Shown here: positions 57,032 through 63,954 of the stretch, one piece after another
Layout: each line of letters opens with the position of its first letter
Numbering within the stretch: the stretch's first letter is position 1
Translations under genes and position numbers: made by a program
Origin: a bacterium
GTDB taxonomy: Bacteria; Bacillota_I; Bacilli_A; Izemoplasmatales; UBA1188
Reading direction: 5' to 3'
Length of the DNA: 63,954 nt
Assembly (NCBI GenBank): GCA_017960565.1
Contig: JAGCYY010000019.1
Coordinates: 1-63,954, forward strand
Notes under the pieces: generated by a model
Told to the model about the DNA's origin: nothing
Database searches by the model: none
The model's input: the letters and a program-made list of their open reading frames with translations, nothing else

Positions 57032-57961
57032 CTATTTAATTATCGTTCCAATTTTAAATCTATTCCTATAACCATTTAAGAAATCTTTAATATTCATTTT
57101 TTGCTTCCCGGATGGCTGTATCTCTAAAATTTCAAGTGCATTATCATTACATTTTATTATGAGGCTCTTCGTGTTGTCAATGATAGTACCTGGAAGGTTT
57201 AAAGAATTATCAAATAAAACCCTAGAAGAATATACTTTATATAATTGATTATCTAGAGAAAAATGACATAAAGGGTTGGGATTAAATGCTCTAATTTTGT
57301 TATAAACTGAGATAGCACTATTTGAAAAGTCAAGATATTCTTCTTCTTTCTGAATGTTATATGCGAAAGAAACATTTGATATATCTTGTTTGATTGGAAC
57401 TATGTTGTCTATAGAGTTGATGACTTCTATTAAATCATGTGCACCTTGAATTGATAATTTATTAATCATAGAACCATAAGTGTCGTCGGCTTCTAGTTTG
57501 ATTTTTGTTTGTTTATAGATGTTTCCAGCATCCATTTTTAATATAGTTTCCATGATGGTGACTCCTAGATATTCGTCTCCATTTTCAATGGCTCTTTGAA
57601 TAGGAGCTCCTCCTCGATATTTTGGCAATAGCGAGCCATGGACATTGAGAGTTAGTTTTTTTGGAAGGTTAAGAACAACCTTAGGGATAAATTGGCCATA
57701 TGCAGCAGTAACTAAGAAATCAAAATCATATTTTTCCATCATTTTGTAGTCTTCTTTAATATTTGTTGGCTGAAAAATAGGAATATTACATTCCTTTGCT
57801 AATAGTTTAACTGGTTGTTCAATGACAACTCTTCCGCCTTTTGTATAAGAATCAGGTTGAGTAACAACTAAAACAACTGTATATTCTTCAATTAATTTCT
57901 CAAGTACGTTTCTTCCAAAGAGAGGAGAGCCCATAAAACAAATCTTAATATTTTTATTCAT
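57032..57961 (-). CDS. fmt: Methionyl-tRNA formyltransferase
   Basis: IKICFMGSPLF.., NVHGSLLPKYRGGAPIQ motifs. Confidence 0.9.
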   Translation of the reverse strand: MNKNIKICFMGSPLFGRNVLEKLIEEYTVVLVVTQPDSYTKGGRVVIEQPVKLLAKECNIPIFQPTNIKEDYKMMEKYDFDFLVTAAYGQFIPKVVLNLPKKLTLNVHGSLLPKYRGGAPIQRAIENGDEYLGVTIMETILKMDAGNIYKQTKIKLEADDTYGSMINKLSIQGAHDLIEVINSIDNIVPIKQDISNVSFAYNIQKEEEYLDFSNSAISVYNKIRAFNPNPLCHFSLDNQLYKVYSSRVLFDNSLNLPGTIIDNTKSLIIKCNDNALEILEIQPSGKQKMNIKDFLNGYRNRFKIGTIIK

Positions 57962-57969
57962 AATACTTC

Positions 57970-60309
57970 CTAAAATGATGTTGGAAATCTATCGATAGAA
58001 ATCAAAATATCATCCTTTGATGATTTCTCATATATATTTTTTAATATTGTGTCAAGATTTTCAATCTTTTTATATTTTAAAACTATATTCAATATATAGT
58101 TATTGTCTATTCTTGGTATTGTTGGCTGAATTGGACCAAGAACGATTAGTTCGTCAGGCGAATAAGATTCTTGAAGCATGTATTTAATTTTGGTCGCTTC
58201 AGAGAATGCAAGATTTAATTGCTTAGATTTAATCTTAATTTGAGTCATAAAATAAAAAGGAGTAAATCTTGCGATTTTTCTTATTTTCATCTCTTCATTG
58301 AAAAAGCCTAAATATTCTTGTTTCAAGCCATATTTAATTGCGTAATGATTTTTGTTGTAGGTTTGAACTATTACAAGGCCTGGTTTATCTCCTCTTCCAG
58401 CTCTTCCAGATACTTGAGTTAAAAGTTCAAAGGTAGTTTCTTTGCTTCTAAAATCAGGTATTTTGAGTGATTGATCGATGTTTATAACACCAACTAAAGT
58501 AACATTTGGAAAATCAAGACCTTTCGCTATCATTTGTGTGCCAACCAAAATATCACCATTGTTTTCAAAATCAAATAAAACTTTTTCGTGGCCATTTTTC
58601 CCTCTTGTTGTATCATTGTCCATTCTTAGAACTTTAGATTTTGGAAATAGTTTTTTCAATTCTTCTTCTAATTTTTCAGTCCCGTATCCAATTTTTTCGA
58701 TATAACTGCTTCCACATTTTGAGCAGGTGGAAATCATTGGGATTTCATAGCCACAGTAGTGGCACTTAAGAGATTTGTCAAAATCGTGATATGTGAGTGA
58801 CACGTCACAATTTGGACATTGTTCAACATATCCACATGAGCGACACATTAAATAGTTTGAATAGCCTCTTCTATTTAAAAGAAGAATTGTTTGTTCTGAT
58901 TTTTTGAGTCTTAATTCGATTTCTTCTCTAAGTCTATTAGATATATATCCTTTTGTGCCTTTTTTAAATTCCCCATTTAAATCAACAACAACTGTTTTTG
59001 GAAGCCCTAGGTTATTAGCTCTGTTTTTAATTTCAACTAGATGATATACATTTTTAAGACATCTAGCATATGATTCAATAGATGGAGTTGCGCTTCCAAG
59101 GAGTAAGAGGCAATTGTTGTTTTTGCTACGCATTTCTGCAACATCTCTTGCATGATATATTGGTGAAGTATCCTGCTTATATGATTGTTCGTGTTCTTCA
59201 TCTATTACTATTATTCCTAAGTTTTTAAATGGAGCAAATATAGCACTTCGTGCACCAACAACTATTTTAACTTCTCCTCTTAAAATTTTTCTCCATTCAT
59301 CGTATCTTGTATTATTTGATAATTCAGAGTGAAATATTGCAACATTGCTACCGAATCTTGATTTAAATCTATTAACCATCATAGGTGTTAAAGATATTTC
59401 AGGAACAAGCATAATTGCTTCCTTTCCTCGTTTTAGAACTTCTTCAAATAGATTTAAATAGATTTCTGTTTTTCCACTTCCTGTAACACCATGAAGCAAA
59501 AACACATTCGATTTATCAAGATTAGAAGATAAAATATCAAAGGCATGTTGCTGTTCTTGATTAAAAATGACTTTTTTATCGTTCAATGGTTTTAAGGTTT
59601 TAACATCCCTAAAAACTTCTTTGTTCGTTATATCAATGATATTTTGATATTTCATTCTATAGAGAGTATCCAAAGTAATTGAAAGTTTTTCTCTCAAAAC
59701 TGGCCATGATTCTTGGTTGTTGTGGAGAGATAGATATTTTACTATTTCTTCTCTCTTTTTTGTTAACTTAGGGGGGACAGTTTTTAGAGATACAATCTTT
59801 TCGTATTTAATCGATTCTTTTTTTGTATAACTGAAACAAAGTTCTACTTTTTTATTTTTTATTGCTTCTTTTAGAATTAAAAGATCTTGTTTGTCTAGTT
59901 TGTTATAATCTAAAATGTCTTTGCCATCAAATATAAGGTTTAATTGAAAATCGTCTTTGTCCAGTAACCTAACCGTTTTTGAATAATTGACTTTTAATGC
60001 ACTTGGTATCATTGTCTGAAGATAACTAATTAATGGATAACAAGAAGTGCTTGATAGATAAGAGGCAACATCTATTAATTCTTTAGTTAGAACTGGTTCT
60101 ATGTCTATTAAATCTTCAATTGGCTTTAAGTTTTTTTCAGGGATTTCATTTGCTAATTCTATTATGATACCCATTCTTTTAAAACTAGAAAATTCAACAT
60201 AACATCTTTCACCAACTTCAACTATGTCTAAAAACCTTTCTGGGACAATATACGAGAAAGGTTTATCAACAGATTTAGTTTTTAGATCTAGGATTACATT
60301 CGCTATCAT
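57970..60309 (-). CDS. priA: Primosomal replication-restart helicase PriA
   Basis: LLHGVTGSGKTEIY, IVIDEEHE, and the Cys-rich insert CRSCGYVEQCPNCDVSLTYH..LKCHYCGY..CSKCGS. Confidence 0.95.
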   Translation of the reverse strand: MIANVILDLKTKSVDKPFSYIVPERFLDIVEVGERCYVEFSSFKRMGIIIELANEIPEKNLKPIEDLIDIEPVLTKELIDVASYLSSTSCYPLISYLQTMIPSALKVNYSKTVRLLDKDDFQLNLIFDGKDILDYNKLDKQDLLILKEAIKNKKVELCFSYTKKESIKYEKIVSLKTVPPKLTKKREEIVKYLSLHNNQESWPVLREKLSITLDTLYRMKYQNIIDITNKEVFRDVKTLKPLNDKKVIFNQEQQHAFDILSSNLDKSNVFLLHGVTGSGKTEIYLNLFEEVLKRGKEAIMLVPEISLTPMMVNRFKSRFGSNVAIFHSELSNNTRYDEWRKILRGEVKIVVGARSAIFAPFKNLGIIVIDEEHEQSYKQDTSPIYHARDVAEMRSKNNNCLLLLGSATPSIESYARCLKNVYHLVEIKNRANNLGLPKTVVVDLNGEFKKGTKGYISNRLREEIELRLKKSEQTILLLNRRGYSNYLMCRSCGYVEQCPNCDVSLTYHDFDKSLKCHYCGYEIPMISTCSKCGSSYIEKIGYGTEKLEEELKKLFPKSKVLRMDNDTTRGKNGHEKVLFDFENNGDILVGTQMIAKGLDFPNVTLVGVINIDQSLKIPDFRSKETTFELLTQVSGRAGRGDKPGLVIVQTYNKNHYAIKYGLKQEYLGFFNEEMKIRKIARFTPFYFMTQIKIKSKQLNLAFSEATKIKYMLQESYSPDELIVLGPIQPTIPRIDNNYILNIVLKYKKIENLDTILKNIYEKSSKDDILISIDRFPTSF

Positions 60310-60414
60310 ATTAGCTTTTATCTTATTTATGGTGCCTATTCTTTATGTTTTATATTTATAGTTTACCATAAATATCAATTATTTCTTAGTTGTGATATAA
60401 TAAAATGGGTGATA

Positions 60415-60966
60415 ATGATGATATGCAATGACGATATAATAAAAAATGGAAATGAGATTTTAAGAAGAAAAGCTGATAAAATTGAAATGCCTCTTTCAAA
60501 AAAAGATTTAAATACTGGAAAAGCTATGCTTAGATATCTTAAGATGAGCCAAGACGATAAAAAGGCAGAGAAATATAAACTTCGACCTGGTGTTGGACTC
60601 GCCGCTCCTCAAATTAATATATCAAAAAGATTTTTTGCGGTATATATTCAAGAGGAAAAGGAAATTATTCAGTTTGTAGTTTACAATCCAGAAATTATAG
60701 CCGAAAGTGTTCAAATGATATATTTAGGGGGAAATGGAGAGGGCTGCTTATCTATTCCTAATAAATCAGGGAAGGTATTAAGACATAAAAAAATTAAAAT
60801 TAGAGGAACATGGTACAATCCTAATGACGAATCTATTGTTGAAGAAACGAGAACCTTTTCCGAATATCCAGCTATTGTACTGCAACATGAAAACGACCAT
60901 CTTAATGGTATCTTGTTTACAGATAAAATAACTACTAATTTAGGTGATGCTGAAGAAATATGCTAA
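60415..60966 (+). CDS. def: Peptide deformylase
   Basis: GVGLAAPQI, EGCLSIP and QHENDHLNG motifs. The start is ambiguous (GTG 60409, ATG 60415 or 60418). Confidence 0.9.
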   Translation: MMICNDDIIKNGNEILRRKADKIEMPLSKKDLNTGKAMLRYLKMSQDDKKAEKYKLRPGVGLAAPQINISKRFFAVYIQEEKEIIQFVVYNPEIIAESVQMIYLGGNGEGCLSIPNKSGKVLRHKKIKIRGTWYNPNDESIVEETRTFSEYPAIVLQHENDHLNGILFTDKITTNLGDAEEIC

Positions 60967-61802
60967 ATAAACTTAGCATATTTTTTTATTGATTCTTCTA
61001 TTCTATTTTTTCCTTCTTTTATGTCATAAATGATATCATTTTTGCTGGCATCCTGATCTATAATATATTCAACCTTGCCATTATTATAATTGTTTATGGT
61101 TAAACTTATTATTTCATCTACATTTAAAGACCCTTTACCTATCGGAATAGAAAGATCTTTCTTTGAGTTATTTAGTGCATCTTTAAAGTGAATCACACAT
61201 ATTCTATCCATATATTTTGTGATGATATTTTTTGGATCAGCGCCGCCGATTATAGACCAACCAACATCAAATTCTAATTCTAAATCAGGTATGTTATCTA
61301 AAAAATATTCTAGTGTTCCGTTCATTTCTTCACTATGATTATGATATATTGTTTTGCAACCTACTTCTTTTAAGGCTGCAGAAAATTTTCTTATATCATC
61401 AAAATATTTTTCAGCTGTTTTTTTATTTTTCGCTAGCATTGAGATAACATAACCTTTTATATGATATTTTTTTGCAAGTTTAATTGCGGTTGGGATCATT
61501 TTTCCTAATGCCTTTTTATCTGGCATTATAAATGTTAAATGAACATAGTTTACATTAAACCCATATTCTAAAACTATATTCATTTTATCTTCTATTAAAT
61601 GTGCAAACCAGTTGCTTCCAGAAGTGCCATTTATTGTTAAACCAATATAAAATCCAATGCGTTTCAAAAAATTAAAACTATTGCTTAAAACAAAACAGGG
61701 TTCAATTTCTCTAATTCCTATATCTTTTAGTTCATTTAAAGTCTTTTTAAAATCTTTTTTAAATTTTTGGGATAAACCCCATGTATTAATGCCAATGTTC
61801 AT
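60963..61802 (-). CDS. Xylose-isomerase-like TIM-barrel (sugar phosphate isomerase/epimerase family) protein
   Basis: 279 aa. MNIGINTWGL start. The ..VIHFKD.. and ..EYIIDQD.. pattern is typical of AP_endonuc_2-fold proteins. The assignment is moderate. Confidence 0.5.
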   Translation of the reverse strand: MNIGINTWGLSQKFKKDFKKTLNELKDIGIREIEPCFVLSNSFNFLKRIGFYIGLTINGTSGSNWFAHLIEDKMNIVLEYGFNVNYVHLTFIMPDKKALGKMIPTAIKLAKKYHIKGYVISMLAKNKKTAEKYFDDIRKFSAALKEVGCKTIYHNHSEEMNGTLEYFLDNIPDLELEFDVGWSIIGGADPKNIITKYMDRICVIHFKDALNNSKKDLSIPIGKGSLNVDEIISLTINNYNNGKVEYIIDQDASKNDIIYDIKEGKNRIEESIKKYAKFI

Positions 61803-63110
61803 ATGTTTTCCTCTGCTATGTCATATTAGTCTAATATTAACATTAATTGCAATAAAAAACTAGGTTTTATTTGAAACACTTTTGATTTGAGTTGAAATAT
61901 ATTCTTTAACCCCTTTATCTCTTATATTTTTTGCAGCATTAATATCTCTATTATATCTTTTACCACATTTTGGGCAAATAATAATTCTTTTGCTTAACTC
62001 TAATTCTAGTTTGTTGTAATATCCGCATGAATTGCATATTTTGCTTGATGGAAAATATTTATCAATAGCAATAAAAACTTTGCCATATAAGTTGCATTTG
62101 TACTCTAAATACTTAATAAACGTTTGGTAAGATGAATCATATACTTGTTTTCCAAAGTGATATCTGTATCCGGTTTTTATATCAATATTATTGTGATTTG
62201 CTATCTCTTTTGCTGAAAGCGACTCGACTGAAATTATATCATATTTTTTTACAAGCTCTGATGATTCCTTATGTAAAATATCATTTCTTTTGTTTTTTAT
62301 TTTTATGTTATATTTCAAAATCTTTTGATATATTTTATTATAGTTGGATGATCCAGATATTTTGTTTTTTAACTCAATAAATAATTTTTTGATTTTAATA
62401 CGTTCAATAATAAAATCGTTATCACAAAATAAATCTCTGCTTCTACCATTACTATCAATATAAAAATGACTTATAGAATAATCAAGCCCAATGGCGTTAT
62501 CTATATCAATTTTATTTTTATCTTTTTCTTTTATAAAGAAAGAAATACAAAGAAAGTATTTATTTGTTTTTGTTTTTAATATGGTTATTTTCTTAATTGC
62601 TGCATCACTTGGAATTTCTCTTGAATATGAAACTTTTAATATTCCTAATCTTTTGTCAACAATCAAATTATTTGTTATGCTTATTCTATCTGTGTTGTTA
62701 TTAATAAAGAATGTTTGATTATCAAACTCGGTTTTGTATTTTAAAGGGATATTTTTCCTTGTATTTCTTGAAAATAACTCGTTTAATTGAAATAAAGAAT
62801 TAAGGATAGATGAAAAATCATATTCTGATTTACCAAGTGCTTTTTCCTCAATTTTTATATTTTTAATATCATGCATCAAAATTGAGTTATATTTTATGTT
62901 GTGCTCAATTTTTTCTTTTAACAATTTATTCCAATATTTTCTTATAATGAAATAAGTGTTATTAATTATTATCTTTTGTTTTTCATTTGGATAAAACCTA
63001 TATTTATAAGTTATAATCATAAAAGCATTCCTCTCAATCTTAAATAATACAACGAGCTTTATGGTTTTTTCTTGCATTAATAAACACAAGCCACACCATC
63101 CCATCGATGG
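61803..63110 (-). mobile_element. Approximate extent of a TnpB-only IS605-family (IS1341-like) element
   Basis: tnpB plus 57 nt downstream and ~90 nt upstream, including the perfect palindrome CCATCGATGG at 63101..63110. The exact ends cannot be set without a second copy. Confidence 0.45.
61860..63020 (-). CDS. tnpB: TnpB (IS200/IS605-family OrfB, RuvC-like RNA-guided nuclease)
   Basis: MIITYKYRFYPNEKQKIIINN start. RuvC I AIGLDYS. RuvC II IISVESL. Zn finger CNSCGYYN..CPKCGKRY. RuvC III NRDINAAKNI. No tnpA is present in the window. Confidence 0.85.
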   Translation of the reverse strand: MIITYKYRFYPNEKQKIIINNTYFIIRKYWNKLLKEKIEHNIKYNSILMHDIKNIKIEEKALGKSEYDFSSILNSLFQLNELFSRNTRKNIPLKYKTEFDNQTFFINNNTDRISITNNLIVDKRLGILKVSYSREIPSDAAIKKITILKTKTNKYFLCISFFIKEKDKNKIDIDNAIGLDYSISHFYIDSNGRSRDLFCDNDFIIERIKIKKLFIELKNKISGSSNYNKIYQKILKYNIKIKNKRNDILHKESSELVKKYDIISVESLSAKEIANHNNIDIKTGYRYHFGKQVYDSSYQTFIKYLEYKCNLYGKVFIAIDKYFPSSKICNSCGYYNKLELELSKRIIICPKCGKRYNRDINAAKNIRDKGVKEYISTQIKSVSNKT

Positions 63111-63263
63111 AAGGAAGCAATAAGCTTCAATTGATTATAACTTTAAATAAATAAATAATCAAGATATATTTGACATTTTAATATTTTTTAATTATCTATA
63201 TTTAGCGATTATTTATATTTATTTGTCATTTTTATAAATTATTCTTATTTTATTATTATTTGA

Positions 63264-63300
63264 AATAAAAAAAATAGAGTTTTGATAAAAATCAAAACTC
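63264..63300 (-). terminator. Rho-independent terminator of the rrn/tRNA operon
   Basis: GAGTTTTGAT-aaaa-ATCAAAACTC perfect 10-bp stem (63277..63300), followed on the minus strand by a T-run (63266..63274). Confidence 0.8.
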
Positions 63301-63314
63301 ATATATTTTATCAT

Positions 63315-63390
63315 TGGTGGCGAGTATGGGATTCGAACCCATAAATGCAAGCGTGAAAGGCTTGTGAGTTGACCATTTCTCCAACTCGTC
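63315..63390 (-). tRNA. tRNA-Glu (anticodon UUC)
   Basis: 76 nt. Anticodon stem CAAGC/GCUUG with loop CU-UUC-AC. T arm AUGGG-UUCGAAU-CCCAU. CCA is encoded. The acceptor GACGAGU/ACUCGCC has an A2:C71 mismatch. Confidence 0.8.
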
Positions 63391-63398
63391 AACACTAA

Positions 63399-63475
63399 TG
63401 GCGCCCAAAGTAGGACTCGAACCTACGACCCCCTGATTAACAGTCAGGTGCTCTAACCGACTGAGCTATTTAGGC
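63399..63475 (-). tRNA. tRNA-Asn (anticodon GUU)
   Basis: 77 nt: GCCUAAAUAGCUCAGUCGGUUAGAGCA... Anticodon stem CCUGA/UCAGG with loop CU-GUU-AA. CCA is encoded. Confidence 0.85.
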
Positions 63476-63497
63476 ATCTTCACTAAATAAAGAAAGA

Positions 63498-63607
<110 letters not shown>

Positions 63608-63640
63608 ATTCTCTCAAAACTGGATATATTTATATTACAA

Positions 63641-63954
<314 letters not shown>

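Noticed and set aside
63111-63263. A very AT-rich repetitive stretch (ttatttat.., aaataaataaat) between tnpB and the rrn terminator. I checked it for a CRISPR array or minisatellite.
   Set aside because: There is no regular repeat-spacer periodicity and no repeat unit longer than ~8 nt. It looks like ordinary low-complexity intergenic DNA, possibly the IS left-end region. No CRISPR array was seen anywhere in the window.

Overview
Low-GC Bacillota-type chromosome segment, Erysipelotrichia/Mollicutes-like in flavour. It uses the standard genetic code: TGG encodes Trp and TGA is a stop. Almost all genes lie on the minus strand. All functional calls come from motifs I recognise by eye. No homology search, HMM search or GC computation was run.

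Positions 1-40 kb hold a large Wzx/Wzy-type surface-polysaccharide locus with these parts:
- a CapD/PglF - PglE - PglC - PglD bacillosamine-type initiation module, with a LoaP-like NusG paralog;
- about six glycosyltransferases and two acetyl/acyltransferases;
- Wzy and Wzx;
- a decayed glf;
- a UDP-GlcA/GalA module (ugd, epimerase, GHMP kinase, nucleotidyltransferase);
- an fnlA-fnlC-fnlB (L-FucNAc) operon.

The left end of this locus is a recombination scar field. It carries three diverged copies of the ugd 3' end and two copies of an identically truncated rfbB 3' fragment. Predicted defence genes are interleaved with these scars:
- two ABC-ATPase + TOPRIM/RloB-like pairs (AbiL/PARIS-like);
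- a Schlafen(AlbA_2)-STAND-TPR protein;
- a solo HNH gene;
- a three-gene block (AbiH-like/HEPN-like, HNH, PIN-like DUF4935) inserted between glf and the epimerase. This is the most novel-looking element in the window.

Positions 40-64 kb are housekeeping:
- GNAT, a P-loop kinase, and a RhuM-family gene with an internal duplication;
- gltX followed by tRNA-Glu(CUC), then nnr, tRNA-Gln and tRNA-Leu;
- an N-domain-less clpB behind a double CIRCE operator;
- thpR, ackA, yidD, metK, fmt, priA and def;
- a TnpB-only IS605-family element;
- the 3' end of an rrn operon (23S partial, 5S, tRNA-Asn, tRNA-Glu).
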